NCBI GenBank assembly: GCA_051294375.1
Contig: CM119267.1
Coordinates: forward strand, 6,003,992 to 6,067,991
Direction of reading: 5' to 3'
DNA length: 64,000 nucleotides
Source: Paraspadella gotoi
Lineage: Eukaryota; Animalia; Chaetognatha
This document shows positions 1 to 11,358 of the stretch, one piece after another (positions within the stretch are counted from its first letter, which is position 1; every line of letters begins with the position of its first letter). A program made the translations under genes and the position numbers. The notes under the pieces are model-generated. The model had not been told where the DNA came from, ran no database searches, and worked only from the letters and a program-made list of their open reading frames with translations.

Positions 1-257
1 AAAAAAACAGCCAGCGGCAACTTACCTTAGTTCTCGAAAATTTAGGAAAAAAAATCGTATGATCTGAAAAAAAAAAAACAAATAAAAAATGCGGGGAATA
101 ATACGGGAAATGAAATGAATTAAATTTGGATTGTTATTTTTTGATCAGGGTTTCACCCATAGTCTTGCACGGATAAAACGGCACAACAATTTCATGAGAA
201 TAACAGATACAGTGATGTTAATCTGGCAAAGGGAAGTTCAAGATTGAGAGAGACAGT

Positions 258-3200
258 TTAAAACCGACGAGTTCCTCTTCGGAAGTCATAGAAGTTTGGC
301 ATCCTGAATCCGGAATTGGAAGGGAAGGGCATTCTCACGTCCCGCGCGAAATCCGGACATCTCGGGTTCATGAACATGACGGGTCTCATTCCGGAACCAA
401 TCATGGGAGAGTCTCCCAAAAGTCCCGTCGAGTTGTTAAATCTGGTCGGGCTATTCTGCATTCCTAATCTTGTCATCACGTCCTTGAAAAGATATTGGTC
501 GACGTCGTTGGCGCCGGGCGGGAGTCTCTCGACGTTTCTTCCCATTCCTCGACCGGGTTGAAATGTTCTATTATCTGTTTCACTCGTGAGAGATCGATTA
601 AATCCAACGTTCCTGGGAAAATTGTTTCGGCGCTCGTCGTCGTCGAGAAGTCCAACAACAGTTTTCTTTTCCGTAACGTTTCCCATGACACTGCAGGTAC
701 CGCCTGAGCCTCCGGACCCGCCCGGTCCACCGCCAATTGGTAACTCCTTCCGCCGAGAACGAAAGCTCACGGGAGAATCGGCTTCGGAGTTTCTCTTCAA
801 AAAACTGGAAAAGTTTCGTTGCTCCTCGGAAAATTCGTTCCCCTTCTTCATCGATGACGATCTCGGTTCCGCGGACTTCTTCCCGAGCAGATGATTATTC
901 GAATCTCTGGCGTTATTTTTGGGAAATTTCAGATCCAAAAGTCGAGGCGGTTGCGACGACCTTCCGACGCCGACTACCACCAAAGGTTCATTCCCGTAGT
1001 ACTGCCGATGGCTTTTAACGGGAACGTTCATCTCGGACAGTTCTGCGTTGTCGCGGGTGTCGTCCCAAAACAAGAGTTTGGACAATTCAATCTTTGTTTT
1101 TTGGTGGTCGTAGCCTCCGGATTCGTCGCTCGCCGTTTGGATCAAATTCATGAGCTCCTCCAGCAATTGCAGACTACCGTCGTCGCTTGCTCCACGCATT
1201 CCCTCGATCAGACTCAATAGGTCTGCCTCGAGCGAGTTTTCCGAGCTTAAAATCCCAACGGAAGGTAGATTGGGAACCAAAACTATTTTTTCAATAACTC
1301 TTTTTCGTTTGTTCAAATACGATTCAAGCGTTTCCAGCAAATCATTGCCCCTCCGCTCGCACTTTTGTTTCTGGGTCAAGCCTAGCCAAACGGAGCGCAA
1401 TTCTTCGATTTTTCTCTTAATATCTTCCATAGCTCCGAGTTGCCAGGCGCTCAGTGGGGTATCGAGGACACCGTCACCTTTAAGCGAGAGGCTATCCGGA
1501 AGACCGCGTGGAACATCACTTCCAAAGGGTCTGGAACTTTTATGTTGGTCTTCCTTTTCCAGAGAGCACAACGTTAGAAATTTTCGTTTAATGGTCGCTA
1601 ATTGAATATGCCACGGAATTATCTGGTCTTTATCGCGATTTGAGAGGGTCTTACGTTTCTTCACTTGAGTTTCACGACATTTTTTAAATATGGATATAGC
1701 TTCCTGTTGCAACTCAATGAAATCGGAGTAACTCGTTAATTGATGAGAAGATCCATCCAGACATTTCCTTATTTCTACTTCGTCTTCTACCAAAGCTCGT
1801 TTAGGATTATCATTTGGAAAAACGTGCAGCAACCGAGTGAGAATGGGATTCGAAGGAAAGAACTTAAACTCTGGAATTAAATTAAATTGTTCTTCTTTTT
1901 GAATTCCCATTACTTCCAATCTTTTATATTTCAAATTGACCACATCATTTGTTAAATTCAACGGAAATTCTGAGAGATATACAAATTCTTTAACACGCGT
2001 TTGAACTTGCAAAATTTCATCTTTGATTTGTGCTAACCTTTCTTTCTGCCACCTACTGAGCGGAGATGTTAACTCAAACTCACTCTTTCTTTCAAAAGGA
2101 AGCAACAGATCCTGGTCCAGCCTATAAGTTTCCCGGATTCCCATCATCGACTTATCGTATTCAACTTTTAGCTCTTTAAATTCAAAATACAATTCTCCCA
2201 TCTTCAGCTCAACTTCCTCCAGTTCACGTTCCTCCATTCTTCCTAGCGTTCCACTTTTTTTTTTCGAAATCAAAAAATTCAGTCTCTGACTCAAGCTCTC
2301 GTAACTTTTTTTCAATTGATACGATATACGATCCAAATTTTGAAAAAGTTTTTTTCTGGTTTCTGGATCGAGAGAGAAAATTTTTGAATCTTCTTCAATC
2401 ATAATTTCTCCTTCCTCGCTGCAATTTTCAGCTTCATCAGCAACTTCCCTGGTTGGAGACGGGGAGGCAATTTCTTGTCTTTCTAAAATGATAGGATCGT
2501 CGCCATCATCGTCGAAATTTACACATTCTAGAATTGTTGGAGTAACGTCCTTTTTGTCGAACGAATTGGTCATTTTATCTGTTTTTTCTTCTTCATCGCC
2601 AGACACGTCCATATCGACAATATCAACTGCGAGATCTCTGAGATCTACATCCTGTGACTCAATTTCTTGATGCTTGATAATTCTCAAATCAACATCCCCA
2701 TCAGGATGAACCCCTTTCGTATCTTCAGATCCAGTCGGTGATGCGGGAGCTGAGAGTACTACCACTGAATTGAGACTTGTTTCAAGCGCATCCTCTTTGT
2801 CAGAAGCGCTCAACGAGATTATTGAACGTCCAGGAGAATCGATGCACAGTTCTCGTTCATCGATATCACTTTTATCACCCTTAATAGACAGTATCTCCCT
2901 TTCGTCAATATCACTCTTATCACCTTTCATTGACTGGAGCTCATGTCGTAAATCGGAGTCATGGTAACAAATAATATCACTTTCGCTTCTTTTATTGAAT
3001 TCAATCGGGGGTGAATCTGTTTCTTCAAAATTAGATGAGGTATTGTTGACAAAGAATGGCGGTGATGGAGGATTGTAAGCTTGTGGAGTAGAAAGATTTT
3101 GGGCAATGGTTGGTTGCAAAGCCTCTTCACGAAGAGGTAACGCTAACAAAGATGGAACGATAACAGGCGGTGGTGGCACTGGAGGTAGATTCTCGTTTAA

Positions 3201-6200
3201 ATTGTGAATAAATGGCTGTGTGGTGGACTCGGTACTTCTGTCTTTAAACTTTTTGGCTGGAGGCTCGTCATTTTCTTCAAAACCTTCATTGGTAATAAAA
3301 TTATTTGGTTGAGAAGTTTGATCTTTTACCACTTCGCCGCCACCTTTTAGTCGAGACATTGCTTCCAGGTGTTGCAAGTTTTCCAAACCACATTCCGCAA
3401 TTACAGAAGCTATTTTTTGAGTGAAAGCTACTTTTGTATTAGCTGGCAAAGGTGTGGCCGTAGTCCCTGGTTCAGCATTTATTATTGTAAATACTTCCCC
3501 TAATCCATCCGCTAATTTGTTAAAAAAAAGGGTAAAATTTTCAGATTTTGGGGTAAGAACTTCGTTTTGCATTAAACTCCGAGTCACTTCGCTATCGGGA
3601 TCTCGAGCTGCTTCGATTCCAGAATCATGGTCGCTAAGACAATCCGGTGAAGCTGGTGCTTCTTCAAAAATTTCTACTTTACTTTTCTTAGCATTCTTTT
3701 CTTGATCAGGCAAATTAAATCCCGAAACGATACTTTGGGGAATAGCTTCGGCATAAAACTTAGGTACAGATTTCTCCAATGAAACGTGTGTATTTTCATT
3801 TACAGAAGGTGAAGCCCAAGCAACACCATCCTGTCTTACTGCGTCATCAAGATTGCATTTTTCAGGTTCCTTAACAAGAGCTTTATTTTCCGAATTCAGA
3901 ACATTGGAATCGGCAATTTCTTTCATCATATCTTCATTTAAACTTTTTTCACTATTGGTTTCTTTTTCAATTTCACTGACAGTATTATTTGTAGGTTGAA
4001 CAGGTTGACGAACAATACTAATTTCCCTATCCTTCTTTAACTTCAAGGTTGAGATCTTTCCATCAATGAAATTAATTTTTTTTTCAAAAAGTTCTTGACT
4101 TTCGTTTTCTGCTCCGCGGGATAAAATGATGTCTTTCACTCGTGATACCACATCAAAATCATATCCGGGAGAGAAAGAAGACATATTTGGAACCATATTG
4201 ACTTCATAAAGAGTTAGTTCGCGGTCTTTCCGAAACCTCGCGATTTCCTTTTGAATTTTATCGACCACTTTAAAATCTTTATTCAGAGTTGCATGAGACA
4301 TTTTTTTATAATTTTTATAAATGTAACGATTAATTTCTTTTACCTTTGATGCTTGATATTCCGATAGAGGGTATTTTAAGCATTTTTTTTCCTCGCCTTT
4401 TAAAAGAATTTCTCTAGGGGTTAAGTACAGATCGGATGGCCATTTATTCTGACTTACACGATGTTTCAAAAATTCAATTTCAATTTGCACAATTGCAATA
4501 TTATTTTCTATTGTTTCGATCTCCTCTTTCGAGACTTTATCCGGATCTTTTCGAATTTCTTTCAAACGAGAATACTCGGCATAATACGAACAGTAATGGC
4601 TGTGTATCAGTTTGTCAAGTTGCTTAAATTCAGATAAAGACTCGTCCTTAACTAATGATTTAGAAACAGTCGCTGAAGAATCTGTCGTTTCTCCATTGGA
4701 AACGTCGGTAAGAGAAGACTGCTCGACAACAGCAAAGCCATCTTCAGACGCTTTATCTTCAAAGCGATTTAAAGATTCGCTCTTTATAGATTTCATTATC
4801 TCTTCTAGTTGCGGTCTAATCCTGGCTTCAACTGCTTTTTCTAATTCTCCTTCATCGGCGACCAACGCAATACCATCTAAAAGTTCTGGAAGAATTATTT
4901 TCATTTTCTCTAGTTTTTCCAAAACTATGTCCGACTTTATTTTCTCGGACTCTTCCTTCATTTTATCGACCATCTGAAAAACCATTTCCTTTATTTGAAG
5001 ACGTTCTTCTTCACTTTTTTTAGGATCGTTCGAATGTTTTTTAGAACTACTAGAAACTCTTTTTCGCCTCGTTTTCTTTGAGAGATCTTCGACATTATAA
5101 CCCATTTGACGCATCTTCTCTACCCATGGTTTGTATTTAGGGTGATCAGGTGCAAACTTCGGAACGATATATGTTTTTTTGGTCAGCTTCTCCAGTTCGG
5201 TTTCTTGGTTGGGAGAAAACTGGCCATCCTCTATTCCTGGGGAGGAGATTGTGGGATGAACAATCGGTGGCGACCCGAAGTTCGTTGTCGCCGAGTTCGA
5301 AGGACCTTTGAGAATGCTCTTGCCAGGAACTGACTTCGCACCCAACCTTTGATGATCCTTCAATACTCTATCGGGAGAAGCGATTGGAGCCAAACCAGTT
5401 GGAAGAAATACAGTAGAGTTTTGTGGTTGAATCTTTGGCGAGTGTGAAGGGGGTAGCGCGGATTTCGGTGACTGGGAATGCGGGATTGGGACTTTCGGAG
5501 AATGAGAAACGGGTTGGGAAACTTTCGGCGACTGTGAAAGAGCAGGAGGGACGGACGATTGAGCTGAGAGCTGAGGCGGATTTGGATTAAAGGCAATTAC
5601 AGCAAAAGGAAGACACTGCCGCGGGCGAGCGACGGGCAAACAGTCGTCGTCGAACTCGTAAATATAGATCTGAGTCTTTGGGATTAGCTGAGCTAATTTT
5701 TCGTTTGGGGACGGTCTGGATTGGGAAACGTGACAATCGTACATGGGCGTAGGTTCTAAACTATCGTCCATCGGCGCGCGGATCTGAACTGACTTGACTT
5801 TTCCCAGAGCCAATTTGAAAACCATCACGGAGACGCCAGCTCGCTGAGGAAGTTTCGTCGCAGCCACTTTTAAACAAACGTCGACGTGACGATAGAGATA
5901 AACGCCCATGGATTTATTTCCCAAAAAGTTGGTCTGTTGATTGCCACAGGAGATGCCCTTCGAGGAAATGGATTTGGCTTCGAGGTCGCTGACGCTCAAA
6001 AACGCCAAAGTCTCTTGAATTTCTTTGACTCCCACAGGAGCTTCGGATTTCATTGCAACTTTCTTTTCTCGAAATTCGGTTTCTAATTTTCGATTGTGGA
6101 CGAATTGAACCTCGTTGGATAGTTGCCATTCACTGTAGGAGCTGTGATCGTGAATCCTTCGCGACAATTCGTCCAAAAGCTCTTTTCCATCGCGAGATTC

Positions 6201-6290
6201 GAATTGTTTACATAATAATTCGCCGTCCTGCTTTTCCGTGGCTTGCAATCGCGGGATGGAAAAACCGCTTATCTTTGCCTTTTGAGTCAT
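258..6290 (-). CDS. TASOR/TEX15-like protein with N-terminal DUF3715 (pseudo-PARP) domain, single exon, 2010 aa
   Basis: N-terminal motifs FVHNRKLETEF, LGNKSMGVYLYRHVD, FKLALGKVK, PTPMYDCHVS, QIYIYEFDDD..RPRQCLPFAVI match the TASOR/TEX15 DUF3715 domain; the rest is low-complexity or helical with internal repeats. Confidence 0.8.
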   Translation of the reverse strand: MTQKAKISGFSIPRLQATEKQDGELLCKQFESRDGKELLDELSRRIHDHSSYSEWQLSNEVQFVHNRKLETEFREKKVAMKSEAPVGVKEIQETLAFLSVSDLEAKSISSKGISCGNQQTNFLGNKSMGVYLYRHVDVCLKVAATKLPQRAGVSVMVFKLALGKVKSVQIRAPMDDSLEPTPMYDCHVSQSRPSPNEKLAQLIPKTQIYIYEFDDDCLPVARPRQCLPFAVIAFNPNPPQLSAQSSVPPALSQSPKVSQPVSHSPKVPIPHSQSPKSALPPSHSPKIQPQNSTVFLPTGLAPIASPDRVLKDHQRLGAKSVPGKSILKGPSNSATTNFGSPPIVHPTISSPGIEDGQFSPNQETELEKLTKKTYIVPKFAPDHPKYKPWVEKMRQMGYNVEDLSKKTRRKRVSSSSKKHSNDPKKSEEERLQIKEMVFQMVDKMKEESEKIKSDIVLEKLEKMKIILPELLDGIALVADEGELEKAVEARIRPQLEEIMKSIKSESLNRFEDKASEDGFAVVEQSSLTDVSNGETTDSSATVSKSLVKDESLSEFKQLDKLIHSHYCSYYAEYSRLKEIRKDPDKVSKEEIETIENNIAIVQIEIEFLKHRVSQNKWPSDLYLTPREILLKGEEKKCLKYPLSEYQASKVKEINRYIYKNYKKMSHATLNKDFKVVDKIQKEIARFRKDRELTLYEVNMVPNMSSFSPGYDFDVVSRVKDIILSRGAENESQELFEKKINFIDGKISTLKLKKDREISIVRQPVQPTNNTVSEIEKETNSEKSLNEDMMKEIADSNVLNSENKALVKEPEKCNLDDAVRQDGVAWASPSVNENTHVSLEKSVPKFYAEAIPQSIVSGFNLPDQEKNAKKSKVEIFEEAPASPDCLSDHDSGIEAARDPDSEVTRSLMQNEVLTPKSENFTLFFNKLADGLGEVFTIINAEPGTTATPLPANTKVAFTQKIASVIAECGLENLQHLEAMSRLKGGGEVVKDQTSQPNNFITNEGFEENDEPPAKKFKDRSTESTTQPFIHNLNENLPPVPPPPVIVPSLLALPLREEALQPTIAQNLSTPQAYNPPSPPFFVNNTSSNFEETDSPPIEFNKRSESDIICYHDSDLRHELQSMKGDKSDIDEREILSIKGDKSDIDERELCIDSPGRSIISLSASDKEDALETSLNSVVVLSAPASPTGSEDTKGVHPDGDVDLRIIKHQEIESQDVDLRDLAVDIVDMDVSGDEEEKTDKMTNSFDKKDVTPTILECVNFDDDGDDPIILERQEIASPSPTREVADEAENCSEEGEIMIEEDSKIFSLDPETRKKLFQNLDRISYQLKKSYESLSQRLNFLISKKKSGTLGRMEERELEEVELKMGELYFEFKELKVEYDKSMMGIRETYRLDQDLLLPFERKSEFELTSPLSRWQKERLAQIKDEILQVQTRVKEFVYLSEFPLNLTNDVVNLKYKRLEVMGIQKEEQFNLIPEFKFFPSNPILTRLLHVFPNDNPKRALVEDEVEIRKCLDGSSHQLTSYSDFIELQQEAISIFKKCRETQVKKRKTLSNRDKDQIIPWHIQLATIKRKFLTLCSLEKEDQHKSSRPFGSDVPRGLPDSLSLKGDGVLDTPLSAWQLGAMEDIKRKIEELRSVWLGLTQKQKCERRGNDLLETLESYLNKRKRVIEKIVLVPNLPSVGILSSENSLEADLLSLIEGMRGASDDGSLQLLEELMNLIQTASDESGGYDHQKTKIELSKLLFWDDTRDNAELSEMNVPVKSHRQYYGNEPLVVVGVGRSSQPPRLLDLKFPKNNARDSNNHLLGKKSAEPRSSSMKKGNEFSEEQRNFSSFLKRNSEADSPVSFRSRRKELPIGGGPGGSGGSGGTCSVMGNVTEKKTVVGLLDDDERRNNFPRNVGFNRSLTSETDNRTFQPGRGMGRNVERLPPGANDVDQYLFKDVMTRLGMQNSPTRFNNSTGLLGDSPMIGSGMRPVMFMNPRCPDFARDVRMPFPSNSGFRMPNFYDFRRGTRRF

Positions 6291-6670
6291 TTTTATGCTA
6301 AATATAAGGATGAAAAATTTATTTAAAAAATATGCATCAATAAGTATACTAATGTCATTATAGTAACAAGCTAAAACTAAAATAAAAAAAAACTTTCAAA
6401 GCCCCATTTTCTAATTTGTAATTTTAATTTTTAATAATATTTTGTAGTATGTCTCTGCAAATTTATTGAGAGAGCAAGGGAGCATGCGATCGATCGCTCT
6501 TTAATTTTAAACCCATGACAATTACGTAATCTCACGATTACAACCAAAAATTAGTAGGCACAACTAATTCATCAATTTTTTAAAATTCCGCACTAAGCTA
6601 CTCCCTCTGCCACAAGCTCTACTGCCAGCTAATCAGTTAATCTGGAAACCTCTGAAACAAGACGTTCGAT

Positions 6671-7714
6671 TTATTTATTCTTTTTTTCCATCTCGAGAGG
6701 AAAAAAACGAATTCGGTCCATGAGCGAACAATCCTGCATTTTTTCGCTTATAATCGAATCGAACCGGTCATTTTGTTCCACCGTAAAATGATTTCTCCAA
6801 TCGCCAATTACGCCCTTCCGGTACAAGGATCCCTTCTTCATCATGGCGTCGTGCATGCTGAGATCCTTGTTAGATTTGACGTAGTTAATGTTGGTTCTCG
6901 CGGCGACCTGCGACAAAAACGCGTCGTCGTAATCCTTGCCAAGAAAGGAAGTCAGCCTTCTCAGTTGGGGCAACATGTTATCCTTCAAATCCTCGTAGTG
7001 AAGCACGAGGGTGTGTTCGAGATGATTCAGCTTGGCCTCGCATTCCTTCTCGTAATCAAACCAATCGCCACCAGGATAAGCGAAAGGATTTTCACCGTCA
7101 GTGACCTTTCCCTCGGCAGTGTCCATGACCTCATCGACAAAAGAATTCCACCCGATTTGCTTCACCATGTTGCCCAAGTGGTAAAAACCGGAGACGGCCA
7201 CGTCCTTGGGATTTCTAATCAAGCGGACTATCTTCCTTTTTTTGGTGAAAATTTCTTTAGGCAAGGCCTCTGCGGGGTAGTGAGTAAAGATGATTCGCGG
7301 GGAAGCCATGTTCTTTAAAACATCCATATTCTTTCTGACGCCTAAAACGAATTCGATGAAAGCCACCTCTTTAACCTCATCGTCGAGTACGAGATCTCCC
7401 CGCAACAGCATAGCGATAAAATCGTAGGACCAATGATGGCCGGATTTGGCGTAGGCCACAACAAAAACGTCGTCTTCCCGAGTTGGGAAGTTTATAACTT
7501 CCGTTTCCAAGACTCGAATGAACTCTTCCTCGTCGCGATAAGCGCCAAACATGGGCAAAGGTTTTCCTTTGAAATTGGCGCATTTTACGAACTTGTTACC
7601 TTGGGCTGCCATATGAACCATAGACGATAAAAACGCCCAAAAGCCCATACGACTGGCTAAGCGGATAAAACCGCGTAACTTGTTCCAAAATTTTAGTAAG
7701 AAAGAGAAGACCAT
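6671..7714 (-). CDS. Cytosolic-type sulfotransferase (Sulfotransfer_1)
   Basis: PAPS-binding motifs YAKSGHHW, RNPKDVAVS and RKGVIGDWRNHFT; first ATG at 7714. Confidence 0.92.
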   Translation of the reverse strand: MVFSFLLKFWNKLRGFIRLASRMGFWAFLSSMVHMAAQGNKFVKCANFKGKPLPMFGAYRDEEEFIRVLETEVINFPTREDDVFVVAYAKSGHHWSYDFIAMLLRGDLVLDDEVKEVAFIEFVLGVRKNMDVLKNMASPRIIFTHYPAEALPKEIFTKKRKIVRLIRNPKDVAVSGFYHLGNMVKQIGWNSFVDEVMDTAEGKVTDGENPFAYPGGDWFDYEKECEAKLNHLEHTLVLHYEDLKDNMLPQLRRLTSFLGKDYDDAFLSQVAARTNINYVKSNKDLSMHDAMMKKGSLYRKGVIGDWRNHFTVEQNDRFDSIISEKMQDCSLMDRIRFFPLEMEKKNK

Positions 7715-7765
7715 TTTTTTAAGTTCTACAAAACTAATTATCAAAGGAACAGTTATAGTGAGGTG

Positions 7766-8266
7766 TATATAGAGAAAAACAGTTTTGAATTGTTTATCAA
7801 CGAATTATATTAAGACAATTTGTTAGTCGGACATGTTATTAATTAATTAATTACTTTCTGCAGTAGAAACTTTATTTCAAACGGGCAGACGCTAACATGA
7901 TTCGATATTTGGATATTGAATGACACATTTTGGTAAAGGAGACTAAAAATTAAGTTGACCTTAAAAGAGGGCGGTTAATATCACGAATACAAATACAAAT
8001 ACTATATAGAGAAAAACAGTTTTGAATTGTTTATCAACAAATTATATTAAGACAATTTGTTAGTCGGACATGTTATTAATTAATTAATTACTTAATTAAA
8101 CGAGCGACGTCTTGAACGCGCGACACCTTTCTGCAGTAGAAACTTTATTTCAAACGGGCAGACGCTAACATGATTCGATATTTGGATATTGAATGACACA
8201 TTTTGGTAAAGGAGACTAAAAATTAAGTTGACCTTAAAAGAGGGCGGTTAATATCACGAATACAAA
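7766..8266. repeat. Direct tandem duplication of about 230 bp (7766-7993 and 8003-8266)
   Basis: Near-identical copies from TATATAGAGAAAAACAG to ATCACGAATACAAA; the second copy has a ~35 bp insert. Confidence 0.9.
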
Positions 8267-8353
8267 GTGGTCAAATGTGATTGACCTGACAGATAGAGAG
8301 AGAGAGAGAGGCAAGGCATAACATTTTCTGCAGTAGAAACTTTAAATCGCTTC

Positions 8354-9340
8354 TTGGAATCCACGTTCAAAAACTCAAAATATAAAATGAATACAAAAAC
8401 TCCGGCCATTTCTATCCCTTCGATCCTACCAAAGACGACATCTTCTCGCGAAAAGTGCAATACTTATTCCTCTGATAGAATTTTTGAAGATATTTCCGCT
8501 CTCATGGAATTCAATGTTAAATTCCTCGTCACAGAGGTAAAAAGGATCGTCGAAGGGAACCTTCAAAAAAATACGAAAAAACTTGAAACCACGAAAGTCG
8601 TCGATGAACAAACGATAAAGAAAATTGTTGAAGACGCTCTCTCTGCTTCGTCAAAATCCACGGACGAACTAATTACCATGAAAGATCAACTTCATAAAAA
8701 AGAAGAAGAGCTCCTTGTATTGAAGCTTGAACTCTCTTCCACAAAAGAACGTTTAGAAAAGGAACAAGCCAATTCCGTTCCATTCTCTTCATCTCCAACA
8801 TCCAAAGATACGAGTGGTGACGACCAAATTGTTTCTTCGCCTCCCACGCCAGGGTCTGCCGCTCGCGGTCAATATCGACGTCAAAATCCACGGCGACGAT
8901 TTGCAAAAACTTTTGAACCTCTACCAAGAAAATTTCATCTTCCGTTTCTTTACATTACTTCTTCGTGTTTTTTGTTGCAGAGGAGGATTTAGCCAGCCGT
9001 CCAATTCTCCTCTTCCTCTTCTTCTTCTTTCCTCCGCCTCCAGCCCCTCAGTATATTTTGTCTAGCGATACATTCTCACATTTCTACTCTTCGCGAAATA
9101 TACCATTATTTTCCCTCTTATTTCTTCACGCCTTCAATACCCCACAAGTTTTGAAATGGCGATCATCGGCTTTCCTTCTGCATTTCCTTCCGGTGCCTGG
9201 ATGCTAACCAAAAACGACAATTTTCAAAGAAAGCTTATGTTTTCGTCGTCTTAAACCTGGTCATTTGGCTCGGCACTGCCATTCTTTCAGCCGCTGCATG
9301 GTATGCAATCAGCGGCATCATTTCGTTCTGCACGATTTCT
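8354..9340 (+). mobile_element. Degenerate BEL/Pao LTR-retrotransposon gag remnant
   Basis: 9238-9336 translates to CFRRLKPGHLARHCHSFSRCMVCNQRHHFVLHD, the BEL/Pao gag Cys-His knuckle with one Cys changed to Arg; a coiled-coil ORF (8354-8992) precedes it and the frame is disrupted. Confidence 0.7.
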
Positions 9341-9565
9341 TATCTCACAACGATGGCATTGAAAGCAGTGTCTTTTGTGACAAACGCAAATGCTGGTGAA
9401 GCTGCGAACAGTTCCGATTGTGGCCGCACTCCAAATGCACAGATTTACGAGAAGACACCAAATACATAACTTTCGGGATGGATCTTGAATATCAACTTTT
9501 ATTCAATTCTTATTTTTTAATGTAGAATTTAATATGTTACAACATTACTTTCGAACGTTTTTGGA

Positions 9566-10464
9566 GTTGGCATATTATTTAAAATTTTTTGCCAATATTT
9601 TTACATATTGACCAGGGGGGTGAAGAAAAATAATATGCTTCGCCTCTCTCCTTTTCAGTCGGCCAACTTCAAATGACCAGATATTTTTTAGTGATTAAAC
9701 CTGACCTTTTAAGGTTAATATTTACTTGTACTAGTTGTAGGCTGAGTTAATAAGAATTTGTAATTCAATCTCATCTGCCCGTTAAACTTAAAGTAAAGTT
9801 TCTACGGGTTTTTGATATTATTGATAATAATAAAATAATAATTATCCAAAGACGACGTCTAGAGAGAGAGAGAGAGAGTTTCCAACAAAGAATTGAGTAA
9901 GGAGAGTGGTCAGATGTGAGGACAGGTGAAGGTAAGGACAGGGAAGGAGTAAGTTAGGTGAAAAATGAAATAGAGACAGAGTGGGAGAGAGAGAGAGAAA
10001 AATTATTTACATTTGGAAATGNNNNNNNNNNGTTGGCATATTATTTATAATTTTTTGCCAATATTTTTACATATTGACCAGGGGGGTTAAGAAAAATAAT
10101 ATGCTTCGCCTCTCTCCTTTTCAGTCGGCCAACTTCAAATGACCAGATATTTTTTAGTGATTAAACCTGACCTTTTAAGGTTAATATTTACTTGTAGGCC
10201 GAGTTAATAAGAATTTGTAATTCAATCTCATCTGCCCGTTAAAGTAAAGTTTCTACGGGTTTTTGATATTATTGATAATAATAAAATAATAATTATCCAA
10301 AGACAACGTCTAGAGAGAGAGTTTCCAACAAAGAATTGAGTAAGGAGAGTGGTCAGATGTGAGGACAGGTGAAGGTATGGACAGGGAAGGAGTAAGTTAG
10401 GTGAAAAATGAAATAGAGAGAGTGGGAGAGAGAGAGAGAGAAAAATTCTTTACATTTGGAAATG
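9566..10464. repeat. About 450 bp duplicated on both sides of an N gap (probable assembly or haplotype overlap)
   Basis: 9566-10021 and 10032-10464 are near-identical, with few SNPs/indels, and are separated by 10 Ns. Confidence 0.85.
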
Positions 10465-10728
10465 TACAACAATGATATATGAGAATAAATTAGCAAACTT
10501 AAAAAAAGTGAGGTGTAGAAAAAATTCAAAAAATAGCAAAAGAAAAATTACCCAATTGAAAATGACACCAATAAAATAAAATCTTTAGCGTAATTTTTGA
10601 ATTATTATCGTATAAATAAATAAAAAATGACATCATAAATGCTGGAGCAAATTTATTCAATACGTTTGGATACGTTTAGGTAGCGAAAAATTATTTTTGT
10701 TGAGGAGAAAGACCTCCAAAGGTAAAAG

Positions 10729-11358
10729 TGATGAGCTGGGTTTTCCGTCTCTTGCTCACCCTTCTGAGAGTATCAATATCGCAGGATTTAATGAGTCTTT
10801 ACAGATCAAGAACTGGAGGTAAGCAAAAGGCAAGCATCGGTAAGCAATAGTAATAACAATGACCTCTCAGGTAAGCTCGGCTTAGCCACGCAATACAAAC
10901 AAGCAAATACGATTCCGTAGCCAAAAGTGATGGAAAGCCTAACGCTTGGTCGAATGGGGACTTTTGGGAGGAACAGTCTTATGTTGGACATAAACTCTCG
11001 TCATAATCCGTCGATCTTATTTACCTTTTGTAAAAGTGTTTAAAAATATAAACAATCAATATTTGTTTACAAACAATACAGTTTGTTATTATTTCATTAC
11101 TTTGAATAATCATGATTCCATTTTATACCGATTGCAATAATATTAACCATCATCGGGGTTTATATGGTTTAGTATTTGCTTACATTGTTTGTATTGAGTG
11201 GCTAAGCCGAGCTTACCTGAGAAGTCATTGTTATTTCTATTGCTTACCAATGCTTGCCTTTTGCTTACCTCCAGTTCTTGATCTCTAAAGACTCATTAAA
11301 TCCTGTGATATAGATACTCTCAGAATGGTCAGCAAGAGACGGAAAACCCCGTTCATCA
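10729..11358. mobile_element. MITE/foldback element with ~170 bp terminal inverted repeats
   Basis: 10729-~10900 (TGATGAGCTGGGTTTTCCGTCTC...GCTCGGCTTAGCCAC) is the reverse complement of ~11190-11358. Confidence 0.88.

Noticed and set aside
9566-10464. Biological tandem duplication or LTR pair
   Set aside because: The copies abut an N gap, typical of unmerged contig ends or haplotypes.
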